Assembly: GCA_028282585.1 (NCBI GenBank)
Contig: JANQHR010000042.1
Span: forward strand, 1-46,106
Reading direction: 5' to 3'
DNA from: Bacteroidales bacterium
GTDB taxonomy: Bacteria; Bacteroidota; Bacteroidia; Bacteroidales; UBA12077
Length of the DNA stretch: 46,106 bases
The notes under the pieces were generated by a model. That model was not told the DNA's origin and did not search any database. It worked only from the letters and a program-made list of their open reading frames with translations. The position numbers and the translations under genes are program-made. Of the stretch, positions 18,274 through 28,749 are shown piece by piece. The stretch's first letter is position 1. Every line of letters starts with the position of its first letter.

Positions 18274-19488
18274 TTATCCTTCCAACTTTTGTTCATTAAA
18301 TCCTAGAGATTTTAGCTCATTGAAGTTAAGGATATTACTTAAATTACCTTCTAAGAATTTAACAACCTTGTTTATGTCTTTTACATCTGTTGGAAGATTT
18401 ACTAAGTGCTCTGACAAATATTTAGCATTAGGCAAAAGTTTAATATTCAATTTCCAATGCTCAAAAGGAGGGTATGCAGGGTGTAATACGGAAATAAACC
18501 AATCTCCAATTTTAATTCGGTTTTTTTCTGCCTTTTTCATAAACTCTTCTCTATCTCTTACCAGAATTGGGTATTTTAAGAATGAATGATTTCTATGTAA
18601 GCTCTCCAAAACGTAATATTTACCATGTTTTTTTAAAAATTGGCTATATTTCTCTGCATTTATTTTTCTGTGTTTAAGATAAGTAGAAAGCATACTAATA
18701 TTTTTAATTCCCACAGAATATTGAGTGCCAGAGGCTGACTTAAAGTAATTACTTTTCATCAAAACTCTACTAATCTCATTTCTACTTGAAGATCCGATAA
18801 CTAAACCTACTTTGCTCAACCATCTATATAATGAAAGTAATATCCAATAAGTACTATTGTTTATTAAAATTTTATAAGCTACAATCAATACTTTTAATTG
18901 CAAAGATTCCAAAACAGTTGGTGATATTAATCCTTTATTTACTTGCTGTACAGAGTTGGTCAACAATTCATTATTTATAATTGAGAAACCTCCTACGCCT
19001 GTTGAAAAGGGTTTATTCCACTGTGTTGAATAGATTGCAGCATCACAATAGGATCCATTAGGCTTTCCTTTGAAAGTTCCACCAAAACCATGCGTACAGT
19101 CTTCAATTGTATATATTCCCATACGTTTTGCCCATTGAGTAATTCGATCAACATCTGATGACAATCCAAATGTATTTTGTACGATTATAACTTTTGTTCT
19201 TTCATTTACTGCTGATATAATATTTTCAAATGAAGGATTACATGTTTCTATGCTAACATCTACATAAACAGGTTTTGCTTTAAGGTAAATTACTGCATTT
19301 GGAACAACAACACAAGTTAATCCTGGCATTACAACTTCATCATTCTCACCTATATCAATGGATTTAAGTAAAGCATATAGTGCCACCCTTCCTTTCCAGT
19401 AAAAAAAAACAGAACCTTTATCTAACTGTAATATACTAGTAATTCTTTGTGAGTATATCTTTTTATTTCTTTCTATAGTCTTCCTCAT
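18274..19488 (-). CDS. Divergent DegT-family PLP-dependent enzyme
   Basis: KGRVALY, TCVVVPNAV, QNTFG, IEDCTHG, STQWNKPFSTGVGG, NLPT. Confidence 0.82.
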   Translation of the reverse strand: MRKTIERNKKIYSQRITSILQLDKGSVFFYWKGRVALYALLKSIDIGENDEVVMPGLTCVVVPNAVIYLKAKPVYVDVSIETCNPSFENIISAVNERTKVIIVQNTFGLSSDVDRITQWAKRMGIYTIEDCTHGFGGTFKGKPNGSYCDAAIYSTQWNKPFSTGVGGFSIINNELLTNSVQQVNKGLISPTVLESLQLKVLIVAYKILINNSTYWILLSLYRWLSKVGLVIGSSSRNEISRVLMKSNYFKSASGTQYSVGIKNISMLSTYLKHRKINAEKYSQFLKKHGKYYVLESLHRNHSFLKYPILVRDREEFMKKAEKNRIKIGDWFISVLHPAYPPFEHWKLNIKLLPNAKYLSEHLVNLPTDVKDINKVVKFLEGNLSNILNFNELKSLGFNEQKLEG

Positions 19489-19553
19489 TCTTATTAATTT
19501 AATTGGGAATAATTTTATAATTGTACTTTTTAATTTAGCTTTTAATGCTCAAA

Positions 19554-20214
19554 TTAATCATATTTATAAATGAATCCATTTAATTCCAATTTTATTGGAT
19601 ATTCATTAGCTAGCAAATAACTTTTAGAATTATAAACTTTAAAATTCAATTTAAAATCTCCCATCTTCATTAAATAAAAGAAGGCTGTATCCTTCGGTAC
19701 ATATATCAAATTATTATTTACATCAAAATCTACATCCCATGTGTATTCTACTCCATAAATGGAATCATAATTATATTTGAAGTTAATTTTTTTTATTTTC
19801 CACTCGAATGATTCCAATCCGGGTGATTGAAAAATTGAATCTCTTCTTTCAATAGCCTGTTTGTCAGAATTATATAAATAAACTTTATTATAAGATTCAC
19901 TAGTATATTGACCGCTACATTTACCATTAATTTTATTTTTCATCATATTCATAAAAAAATAATCTCGTTTCCATCCTAAATATCCTCTCTGCCTAAATAC
20001 CCTTCTTCTTTAATCAAATTCTCAAATTAATCATAATCAAATGCTTTTTTTAGTTCTGAATTTGCACCTAGTTTTGTTATATATTTGTATTAATTTTACA
20101 ATTATCATAATCAACATCATGTTAATTTTCACAGGAATTTAATAAAAGCGTTATGCCTAAAATACATAAATTGATAATAATCCTCTTTTTACTCTTTGAT
20201 ATTTGTATTTGCAT
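19554..20214 (-). pseudogene. Degraded lipoprotein gene; the 132-aa ORF at 19554-19952 is probably its C-terminal remnant
   Basis: ATG at 20214 reads MQIQISKSKKRIIINLCILGITLLLNSCEN* (lipobox-like LNSC), followed by several stops and frameshifts before the 132-aa ORF. Confidence 0.45.
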
Positions 20215-20250
20215 AATTCTATTAATTCATCTTAAGTTTTAAGACACGTA

Positions 20251-21249
20251 CTAGTTCTTATTAAAAAAGTATTGGATCTTAAATAATCCACATAGCGAAC
20301 CAATCCCATATGAAAAATGAAGAGTTAAAAATGCTGACAATATAAATTTCAGTTTTGTTATTGACGATCTTAGTTTTAAAGATATTGTAATTAAAAAAAT
20401 ACCATATAATATAACTGATAATAAGGAAAAGATGATAAAATAACTACTCACAATAACTGATATAAGAATTGGAATTAAGAGTGATAATATAAAAATTAAC
20501 GGAATAAAATGTCTTACTGAAAGTGATTTTAATTCTTTAGTGATATAAATAGTTAAAATATTCCAATAACCATTGCTAAAACTGTTTTTTGCTAATTTGG
20601 AAAAATTCTCACGGGCATAATAAACACAATGAATAGAAGAAATTAACACTATTTTAAATCCATTATTAATAATTCTTTTTGATAATTCGATATCATGATT
20701 TCTTATTAATTGCTCATTGTATAGACCAACAGTATCAAATATTGCTTTTTTATATATACCAAATGGAACAGTATCAACAATCAATGTAGCTTCTTTTTCG
20801 ATACGAAATAATGAATTTCCAACTCCAAACTTATTACTTAAAACTTTTACAATAGATTCTGATTTAAAATTAGAATTCTTTGATCTTGTTTCAATTGCTC
20901 CTCCAATCACGTCGCATTTTAATTTTTCTAGTTCTTTTAAAAGAAATGAAATGTAATTTGAAGGATACTTTGAATGTGAGCTAGCTATCATTATATAGGT
21001 GCCAGTTGCATTTTGTACTCCTATATTTAGTGATATTGGTGTTTTTCTTTTGGGGTTACTTATTAATTTTATATTGGAGTACTTATTCTGTAGGTTTTTA
21101 ATCAAAATGATGGAATTATCATTACTTCTTCCATCAACAATAAGTAACTCAATATTCTTATAATCCCCCTTAATAAGTGATAAGACACATTCCTCAATAT
21201 AATTTTCTTCATTGAAACAGGGAATAACAATTGAAACCTTACTGCTCAT
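20251..21249 (-). CDS. GT2 glycosyltransferase (ExoA-like) with C-terminal TM helices
   Basis: VSIVIPCFNEE, VDGRSND, VDTVPFG, LIRNHDIELSKRI, RHFIP. Confidence 0.9.
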   Translation of the reverse strand: MSSKVSIVIPCFNEENYIEECVLSLIKGDYKNIELLIVDGRSNDNSIILIKNLQNKYSNIKLISNPKRKTPISLNIGVQNATGTYIMIASSHSKYPSNYISFLLKELEKLKCDVIGGAIETRSKNSNFKSESIVKVLSNKFGVGNSLFRIEKEATLIVDTVPFGIYKKAIFDTVGLYNEQLIRNHDIELSKRIINNGFKIVLISSIHCVYYARENFSKLAKNSFSNGYWNILTIYITKELKSLSVRHFIPLIFILSLLIPILISVIVSSYFIIFSLLSVILYGIFLITISLKLRSSITKLKFILSAFLTLHFSYGIGSLCGLFKIQYFFNKN

Positions 21250-21286
21250 ATATAAGTAATTAATTTAATCAGAAAATATATGTTAA

Positions 21287-22264
21287 TCAAGATGCAAGCT
21301 TACTATACAAATCTATTAACTTAGAATTTATCTTAGCAATATCCATGTATTCAATAAATTTTCTTAGATTTTCGTTAATCTTGTTATTATAAACTGCATC
21401 AAGTCCTTTTGCAAGAGATTCTGCATTATCATCGCACACTTTGCAAGTTTTGGTTAAATTAGCAAAATATTTAAGATCACTTACATCAGTACTTACAAAA
21501 GGAATATTACATGCCAGTCCTTCCTTTATTATATTTGGCCAGCCTTCATGTGTAGAAGTTAACAGAATAACATCAACGCCATTAATAAAGTCACTTACTT
21601 TATCATGGGCTATTCCACTCATAAAGACTAATTCACTATTTGGGTATTTTGCATTAAAAATATTAAATGCACTTTGAGCTAGTTCAAATCTCTTACCAGT
21701 ATTATTTTTTTGTACAGATGAAAATAAGATCCTATATGAACTATCTTTCTTACTTTTATTGGGTTGAAATTTCTCTAAATCAATTCCATCTGGAATAACC
21801 TCAACATCTAACTTAGGATATTGCTTATTTACTTCTTCTTGCATCCTTTCGGACATAACAATAATCTTGTCAAAACGATGAATGCTTAATCTAGTCAAAA
21901 GACATCCAAGACTTGTATGAATAATTTCTAATATATTTTTTGAAGGTGTGTTATACCAATCAGATCCTCTTAAGCTTACTATTTTGTTAATTGAAAAAAG
22001 AGATATAAAGAAACCTGTACCTGAACCATATTGAGCATGAAGGATATCAAACCTTTTAAGTATATTTCTATATTTAAAATATTTGACAATCATTGTTAGT
22101 GGATTATTAACACTCCCAATATTAAAAAGTTCTATTTGAAAAGAGGAATCTGCACCATCCAAGGCATAGAAAAGTTGATACATAAAAATACCTGATGAAG
22201 GATTTTTTTGTGTATCATAGTTATGTAACCAAGCAATTTTTATTTTTTTACTATTTTCTTCCAT
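21287..22264 (-). CDS. GT4 (GT-B) glycosyltransferase
   Basis: DILHAQYG, IPDGIDL..F, TSTHEGWPNIIKEGLACNIP.VSTDV. Confidence 0.9.
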   Translation of the reverse strand: MEENSKKIKIAWLHNYDTQKNPSSGIFMYQLFYALDGADSSFQIELFNIGSVNNPLTMIVKYFKYRNILKRFDILHAQYGSGTGFFISLFSINKIVSLRGSDWYNTPSKNILEIIHTSLGCLLTRLSIHRFDKIIVMSERMQEEVNKQYPKLDVEVIPDGIDLEKFQPNKSKKDSSYRILFSSVQKNNTGKRFELAQSAFNIFNAKYPNSELVFMSGIAHDKVSDFINGVDVILLTSTHEGWPNIIKEGLACNIPFVSTDVSDLKYFANLTKTCKVCDDNAESLAKGLDAVYNNKINENLRKFIEYMDIAKINSKLIDLYSKLAS

Positions 22265-23541
22265 AACTTATTAAACCGATCCTTATAATCAAAAACAAAG
22301 TAATAAAAAATAAAAGGTAAAATAAATCGAATATATGTTGAAGGGATATTAAAAGGCCCTCTATGGATAATAACCAGTGTGTATACCACCCAAATAAAAA
22401 ATATTGAATCGGCAAATAAGGTTTGTTCCCATTTAAAAATCCACCGCGTAAAATAACCAAATCCTCCAATCATTAATCCAATCATCAAATACTGAATAAA
22501 AGCACCCAATACACCAAAATTAATATAAGCTTCAGCTAATAAACTAAATCCCAATCCTTGTCCAGGCTCCCAATCTTTAATCTTTTCTTTGGCAAATTTT
22601 TCTGATAAATCCATAGGTCTTTCAGTCCATATTGATTTAGGAATCCAGTTAATAAATCCAGAAGTATAAGTTCTTCCCCATTGGTATTCTAAGTCATTTA
22701 TATCAAGAACCATAATTAGGCTATTCATTGGACCTACACTTTCGAACAACCTGTATAAACCATTTTTTTTAATAACTTCCATTCTAAATAAATCTCCACT
22801 CCTATAAAATGAGAAATAAGTGCTACTCAATGGAATTATTATCATAGCTAATAAAAACAGTACAATATATATCCTAATTTTATTTAAATTATACTCTACT
22901 ATTTTACGAATAAAAAAGACTCCCCATGCAATTATAGCCATCAATACAGGATCTTTATCGCTTGAAAAGATACCAAATACCATTAGAACCAAGGTTAATA
23001 CAATGGCAATTATTTTATAAATAAATTTCTTATTACTTAAAAACACGATTACAACCGAAACTGAACAAAATAGAATCTCTTTTGAATAGGCATAAAAAGA
23101 ATTATTATAAGTAGTAGTAAAATTTCCTTTATATGATAAAAAAGAATTCCTCAGTTCTTCCGAAAAAAGAGCAAACATCACTATAACAACTGAAATAGCT
23201 AAGAAATAGATACTTCGTGTTGTTGTATGAGCTTTAGCTGCTGCCTTTCCTGTATTTATCGGCATCAACCGGTAACCCGATAAATAGTACCCCACTCCAA
23301 ATCCTATAATACTTAAAATACTCATAAGCATTATGCTTTCAATATGATTTTGTGAAAGAACCATCCCCCTGTTTACAAAACTTGTATTAAACAATATCAG
23401 TTCAATAGGAATACCCATATAATAAATAGATGCAAAAAGAGAAAAAATGAAAAAAACACTAATTCCCTTTTCATACTTCCTAAAAAAGTAATATCCTGTT
23501 ATTAAAATCACAAAAAAAGAAACTATAAAAAAGTAATTCAT
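22240..23541 (-). CDS. wzy: O-antigen polymerase Wzy (module B)
   Basis: About 10 TM segments; IPKSIWTERP, GLGFSLLAEAYINFG. Confidence 0.72.
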   Translation of the reverse strand: MNYFFIVSFFVILITGYYFFRKYEKGISVFFIFSLFASIYYMGIPIELILFNTSFVNRGMVLSQNHIESIMLMSILSIIGFGVGYYLSGYRLMPINTGKAAAKAHTTTRSIYFLAISVVIVMFALFSEELRNSFLSYKGNFTTTYNNSFYAYSKEILFCSVSVVIVFLSNKKFIYKIIAIVLTLVLMVFGIFSSDKDPVLMAIIAWGVFFIRKIVEYNLNKIRIYIVLFLLAMIIIPLSSTYFSFYRSGDLFRMEVIKKNGLYRLFESVGPMNSLIMVLDINDLEYQWGRTYTSGFINWIPKSIWTERPMDLSEKFAKEKIKDWEPGQGLGFSLLAEAYINFGVLGAFIQYLMIGLMIGGFGYFTRWIFKWEQTLFADSIFFIWVVYTLVIIHRGPFNIPSTYIRFILPFIFYYFVFDYKDRFNKLWKKIVKK

Positions 23542-23607
23542 TTTACAATTATTATTCTTTTGAAATTAATCTTAAATTTGTAATAACCATTTTATTTTAT
23601 TAAAATA

Positions 23608-24888
23608 CTAACTAATAGATTCCTCAGATTTAAATAGCTTTATTGTTTTTAGAAGGCTTAATACCGCTAATACGGTATAAGAAAATATTATGCCATAAAT
23701 AATTCCACTAATGTTATCATATTTCAGCGAAAATAGTGAAAAAACTAGAAAAATTATAGTTGAAATTATGATATTGTAAGAGTTATAAGGTTTTTTATAA
23801 GCTGCATCTATTAAACTTCTTACTATTGTAAAAATAATATATGGTGTTATAGCCCATAACATTAGTTTTAAAATATCGATATATTCTAAAATTGAGTCAT
23901 TTAAGAAAAGAGTTACAAAATAGTCTATACTAAGATATAAAATGAAGCTTGCAATAATTCCATAAACAAAACTTCCTAAAACAATATATGTAATCTCCTT
24001 TTTAAGTTCACTTTTATTTGTTTTTAAGATATGAGTAAAACGCGATAGAGAAACAAAAGAAATTGCTGTGGCAGGTAAATTTGCCAAGGTAATTAAAGCC
24101 ATTCCAAAACCAATTATCCCTGCATACTCCAAACCATATTTCTTGGAGGCAATAAAAGCAGGTAAAAAGATTAATAAAGCAAAAGCGATATCACCCGGTA
24201 CTCGCATTAAGCCATAACCTAATATTTTTTTTGACTCTTTGGCAAATTCACTAAAACTTATCTTGAAGCCATTCTTACTAATTCCTATTATTATAAATAT
24301 ATTAAGTATTATTAGACTAAGTGAAATGAAATTATAAATTTTAACAAGATCGGTTAAATATAAAAATGCAACTAATGGAATAATAGTTAAAGCGATCAAT
24401 TCAAGTAAACCTGCATAAAACACCTTTATCTTACCTCGAAAATATGAATGTAAACAAGCGGTTAAATTAAGCCCTATAAAATACAAACTAATTGTTTTAT
24501 TTAATTTTATGCTTATTGGATTAATATCTCCCCATATTATAAAAGTCATCCAGTTATTAAAACATAAATTAATAATATACCATAAAGCTGAAACTACTAG
24601 AATAATAGACAATGCAGAAATAAACATTTTTTTTACTTTTTCATAATCATTAAAATAAAGTCCAATACTTCTTGGAATTGCTATTCCTAATCCTAAAAGT
24701 AAAACCGGTGAAATAAAAGAAATTACTCTACGTGCATAAGAATAATAATAAAAACTCTCCTCATTTATATGTATAAGTGCTGCCCTGAAAAACCAAAAAT
24801 TAATAAGAGCTCCAAGTATTGAAAAGATAAAAGTAATTATATAACTAATTATTATTCTTTTTCCAGAAACTTCAATGATTGTTTTCAA
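23608..24888 (-). CDS. wzx: Oligosaccharide flippase Wzx-like (module B)
   Basis: About 12 TM segments, LLLGLGIAIPR helix, first gene of the module; TTG start. Confidence 0.68.
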   Translation of the reverse strand: MKTIIEVSGKRIIISYIITFIFSILGALINFWFFRAALIHINEESFYYYSYARRVISFISPVLLLGLGIAIPRSIGLYFNDYEKVKKMFISALSIILVVSALWYIINLCFNNWMTFIIWGDINPISIKLNKTISLYFIGLNLTACLHSYFRGKIKVFYAGLLELIALTIIPLVAFLYLTDLVKIYNFISLSLIILNIFIIIGISKNGFKISFSEFAKESKKILGYGLMRVPGDIAFALLIFLPAFIASKKYGLEYAGIIGFGMALITLANLPATAISFVSLSRFTHILKTNKSELKKEITYIVLGSFVYGIIASFILYLSIDYFVTLFLNDSILEYIDILKLMLWAITPYIIFTIVRSLIDAAYKKPYNSYNIIISTIIFLVFSLFSLKYDNISGIIYGIIFSYTVLAVLSLLKTIKLFKSEESIS

Positions 24889-24926
24889 TCTATGACTATT
24901 TTAAAAAAAACTTATCTTTACCCTGA

Positions 24927-24934
24927 CAAAAGTA
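24927..24934 (-). promoter_or_regulatory. Bacteroidota -7 element for module B
   Basis: Minus-strand TACTTTTG in the 62-bp divergent intergenic region. Confidence 0.5.
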
Positions 24935-24950
24935 ATATATATAAAGCTCA

Positions 24951-26825
24951 ATGTTACTAACGAAAATAAAAAAAATACAAGTCTGGTTTTTACCATTATT
25001 TTTAATCATTTTTGCTGTCTATTATGCTGTGTTTTCAAAATTTAAAATCAAAGAAATAGATCATTCTGTTTCAATTATTGTTTGTGCAAAAATTGAAAAG
25101 GATGATACTTTGCAGCTTTCTTTTAGTACACCCGATTTTGGCTTCTCCAAGAACAATTCAAAGAAAATAAATATTACAGGCTCTCACAACTTCCAGAACA
25201 TTGTTTGTACATTACCTGATTTTATACAAGTAAAAAAAATAAAACTTATATTTAATTCGAATGTAAATACACTTCCAATTGATATTCAAAAGATAAGTAT
25301 CCAAAAAAATAGTATGAATTATACGTTTGGTAAAAACGATATAAATAAATTATTTCCAATAACGAAAGGCTTTTTACACGATTCTATTACTGAGGAATAT
25401 CATTACTACAAAGAAGAAGGAATATTTAAACCATATTTCCAATCGAAAGATATTTCTGACTTATATGAATCGGTAAGACTTTCTAATTATAAAACTCCTA
25501 GAATAACTATTATTGTTATTGTCTTTTTTATAACACTATTAACCACACTGGCAATATTCTTCTGTATGGATTTTGTAAAAGATAAACTTTCCAATTATCA
25601 TAAAAAACCAGTAATTAAAATTTTAAAATGCAAAATTGAATTAAACAGGTTGAGTATTTTAAGTTCAGTATTATTCTTATTTATAATATATGTTCTTATA
25701 TTCGGAAATATAAGAAATGATTCTTATAGTATAATAAAAACTAATAATACATTAAATGCTAACTATGATACATCTATTTATAAAATTTATGACTCAATTC
25801 CGATGAAACCTGCTAATAATCTAATCTATAACGGGAATTTCGAATATGGTTTTAGATTTTGGACATCTGATGTAGACACATCAAATTTTTCTTTAATTAA
25901 TACTCCTTTTGGTAAGGGTCTTAGGATTTCTATTGAAGATGTATTGGGGCAAAATTGGTTTTTAAAATACAATGGAAGACCCATTATTTATTATCCTGGA
26001 CATAAATATCAAATTAGGTTTAAATACAGGATAATTAAAGGGAATAAAAATCAATTTAAAATTGGGTGGTTTTTTAAAAACAAACCTAGGTTTTTTGATC
26101 CAACTAATCTAAAATTAAGAATTTTTCAACTTCCAAATAATTGGTTTGAAGCAAAAGCTGAAATATTGTTTTCAGAAGGTCATTATAATTTACCATTCGG
26201 TTTACATTCTTTAGATAGTAATGCTATTATTGTCTTAACAGATATTCAATTAATTGATCTATATAATGATGAAGATTTAATTCCATTTGTAGATCAAATT
26301 ACCACAAAAGGGAAATTAGTAGATCAAGCTTTTAATGTTTTATCAACTTGTTGTGAAGAACAAGGGAATTTAGTTTTAAATGGAAATTTTAAAAATAGAT
26401 TATTGCATTGGCATGCATATGCAGATTCAACTGATTTAGACTGGATAGAGACTCCATTCGGGAAAGGAGTGAGAGTTACTAGAACAGATGGAGACGGTGG
26501 ATATTGGTCCTTATATTATACTGGCCCTAAAATTGAATACAAAGCAAATCATACTTATTTTATTGAATTTAAATATCGCATAATCAAAGGTAGCAATGAC
26601 CCCTTTAATACTGGGTGGTGGATAAAAGATAATGGTATTAAGTCTACAAATCTACCTTTAAAAACAACTTATCTCAGGAATGGTTGGTATTCAGCAAAAA
26701 CTGAATATACATTTAAAAATTCATACTCAGGTTTAGCAATGATGTTTAATTGTTTTGAAGATCACTCAATTGTTGAATTCTCAGATATTTGGATAAGAGT
26801 AGATTCTACATCAATAGTTGATTAA
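24951..26825 (+). CDS. Membrane-anchored protein with two tandem CBM4/9-like (galactose-binding-fold) domains
   Basis: Three hydrophobic segments; two internal repeats NL..NGNF.....W...D......TPFGKG.R...W.L.Y.G..I.Y...H.Y.I.FKYRIIKG....F..GW. Confidence 0.6.
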   Translation: MLLTKIKKIQVWFLPLFLIIFAVYYAVFSKFKIKEIDHSVSIIVCAKIEKDDTLQLSFSTPDFGFSKNNSKKINITGSHNFQNIVCTLPDFIQVKKIKLIFNSNVNTLPIDIQKISIQKNSMNYTFGKNDINKLFPITKGFLHDSITEEYHYYKEEGIFKPYFQSKDISDLYESVRLSNYKTPRITIIVIVFFITLLTTLAIFFCMDFVKDKLSNYHKKPVIKILKCKIELNRLSILSSVLFLFIIYVLIFGNIRNDSYSIIKTNNTLNANYDTSIYKIYDSIPMKPANNLIYNGNFEYGFRFWTSDVDTSNFSLINTPFGKGLRISIEDVLGQNWFLKYNGRPIIYYPGHKYQIRFKYRIIKGNKNQFKIGWFFKNKPRFFDPTNLKLRIFQLPNNWFEAKAEILFSEGHYNLPFGLHSLDSNAIIVLTDIQLIDLYNDEDLIPFVDQITTKGKLVDQAFNVLSTCCEEQGNLVLNGNFKNRLLHWHAYADSTDLDWIETPFGKGVRVTRTDGDGGYWSLYYTGPKIEYKANHTYFIEFKYRIIKGSNDPFNTGWWIKDNGIKSTNLPLKTTYLRNGWYSAKTEYTFKNSYSGLAMMFNCFEDHSIVEFSDIWIRVDSTSIVD

Positions 26826-26847
26826 CTTATTAAATAATTTATAAAAC

Positions 26848-27088
26848 TTTTGCAGATTCTCGAATATTAAACGATTTTACCAAACTCTGCCAAGCAATAG
26901 CAGTATAAATCTTTCCTAAATTGCTTTCTAAAAATTGGCATATATGCTATTAAGGTTTTCTTCTGGGTTTTGAAAATGGAAAGTGCGTTGAAATTGTGAA
27001 ATTTTTAGTATTTTGTGCATTAGAGATTTAAAATAAACCCCGATTTTTTGTGTTTTCAGCACTTTTCGGGGTTTTGTTATACTAAATA
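26848..27088 (-). pseudogene. Truncated, frameshifted 5' remnant of an older copy of the IS5-family element
   Basis: About 240 bp similar to 28457-28700; ATG at 27020 gives MHKILKISQFQRTFHFQNPEENLNSIYA, then a 1-nt deletion, then QFLESNLGKIYTAIAWQSLVKSFNIRESAK. Confidence 0.88.
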
Positions 27089-27136
27089 GGCAATTTCAGA
27101 AGAAAGCAAAAAATAGATATAATTTAAAGAATCAGG

Positions 27137-27168
27137 AAGCTGTAAATTAAATTTGCAGCTTTCTTTTT
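27137..27168. terminator. Hairpin/terminator inside the IS 3' end
   Basis: AAGCTGTAAAT-TAA-ATTTGCAGCTT followed by TCTTTTT on the plus strand. Confidence 0.55.
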
Positions 27169-27268
27169 ATAAAAATCTTTTGGATTTATACTTTATGTAC
27201 ATATTTTCTTGATTTTTAGGCATACTTATCCCAATATTGAAAGTATTTATAATTTGATACATAACCAT

Positions 27269-28630
27269 TTAAGCTGCTGATTTTAGTTTTTCCAGAGCCA
27301 TTCTTCGTCCAATCTCAAGAGCATTAGCTGTATGGATGCCAAAAAAGTTCCAAAGAATCTCCGTTTTTTGAGTTCGGGCTTTTACTTTCTTCAGATGGTA
27401 ATGTTCCTTTTCTTTACCAAAACTACCTTCTAATCGACTTGCTCTCTCTTTTGTAATCATACTGGCAAGTTGCTTTCGTTGCTGTTCATGTTTACCAGCT
27501 CTGCCTTTTCGACAAAAATCTGTACGAATATTATTTTTGGTGGCATACCTTCGGTTTGCATTTGTAGCATAAATAGCGTCAGCACCCATTATATTGAGCA
27601 CAGTGTGTGTTAGTTCCTGTGATAAGCTAACCGAAGACTTAAAACGAGTAGCTTCATTAAAAGCATCAAAACTCAAGTATTCAATAAAACTGATACCATC
27701 AATTTGTATCTTGTTAACTTTTGCACCAAATTCTACCTGCTTAATTTCTTTTCCTCTTACAATTGGCCTAAGATAACTCTTTGCGATACTTACAATACGA
27801 CCCTTTGGTTTTTCGTTTGTGGTAAATAACTGCATTTGTTGCTCATAAACTTTCTTGATTACTTTTCTTCGATTAGTATATTTTTCAGAGATATTAAAAC
27901 TTTGTTCCTGTTCAATTCGATCAAGTTCTGTATTTAGCTTTGCCAGCAAATTTAAAAGAGCTCGGGTCAGTACTCGTTTATCCTTGGAAGGTTTACGCCG
28001 TTTCCGGATATAATCAAAATAGCGCTCTTTCCACTTCCTGTATTTTGTTCTCGGTATCTTAACCTTAAGGTGTTTACATAATAATTTCATCTGACCATAA
28101 CTCCACTGAGCGCATTCCCATAAAAGCTTCTGGTTAGTTGGATAACGAACTTCGCTTTCATAACATGTGGCATCTGTTGTCGCTTGATTAAGCTCTTTCA
28201 TGTACGCAATCCATTTTGAAGACAATGCTTTTTGAGAGCTGTCAATATTTAAATTCTCTGCCAACTCAAAGCGTATTTGACTAACAATCTTAAAGTTACT
28301 GATTGATTCACCTGGAGATAAAAGAATATCACAAAAAATTTGATAATGAATATTAGCATTGAGCTGTTCTATCAATTTCTCATCTGAACAGCAAGCATAG
28401 TGCTTTAGAAACATGAGTCCTAACTTCCCTTGTGGTGTAAATATACAATCAGGGCCTTTTACTGATTCTTTGATATGAAACGATTTTACCAAATCTTGCC
28501 AGGCAATAGCCTGATAAATCTTACATAGGTTACTTTCCAAGAATTGGGCGTATATGCTATTAAAATTTTCTTCAGGACTTTGAAAGTGGAAAGTGTGATG
28601 AAATTGTGAAATTTTTCGTATTTTGTGCAT
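27269..28630 (-). CDS. DDE transposase, IS5 family
   Basis: SDEKLIEQLNAN.HYQ.FC, DATCYESEVRYPT, RIVS...LRPIVRGK...VEFGAKV, ADAIY, RLEGSFG. Confidence 0.92.
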   Translation of the reverse strand: MHKIRKISQFHHTFHFQSPEENFNSIYAQFLESNLCKIYQAIAWQDLVKSFHIKESVKGPDCIFTPQGKLGLMFLKHYACCSDEKLIEQLNANIHYQIFCDILLSPGESISNFKIVSQIRFELAENLNIDSSQKALSSKWIAYMKELNQATTDATCYESEVRYPTNQKLLWECAQWSYGQMKLLCKHLKVKIPRTKYRKWKERYFDYIRKRRKPSKDKRVLTRALLNLLAKLNTELDRIEQEQSFNISEKYTNRRKVIKKVYEQQMQLFTTNEKPKGRIVSIAKSYLRPIVRGKEIKQVEFGAKVNKIQIDGISFIEYLSFDAFNEATRFKSSVSLSQELTHTVLNIMGADAIYATNANRRYATKNNIRTDFCRKGRAGKHEQQRKQLASMITKERASRLEGSFGKEKEHYHLKKVKARTQKTEILWNFFGIHTANALEIGRRMALEKLKSAA

Positions 28631-28749
28631 TAGATATTTAATATGAAACCCCGATTTTTTGTGTTTTCGGCACTTTTCGGGGTTTTGTTTTATCTAAATA
28701 CACGAATAATTACCTGATATTCAAAGAATTATTTACTTAAGAATGTACC

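Larger units (their letters stand above)
27089..28749 (-). mobile_element. IS5-family insertion sequence (~1.66 kb)
   Basis: Bounds inferred from where the older copy is interrupted and resumes; imperfect terminal IRs GGCAATTTCAGAAG vs GGTACATTCTTAAG (9/14); no clear target duplication. Confidence 0.7.

Noticed and set aside
19401-19409. A9 homopolymer as a phase-variation tract
   Set aside because: Runs of 7-9 A/T are common throughout this AT-rich window and the frame is intact
27218-27230. GGGCATACTTAT as the IS terminal inverted repeat
   Set aside because: Weak match to the other end; the interruption point of the old copy supports 27089 instead
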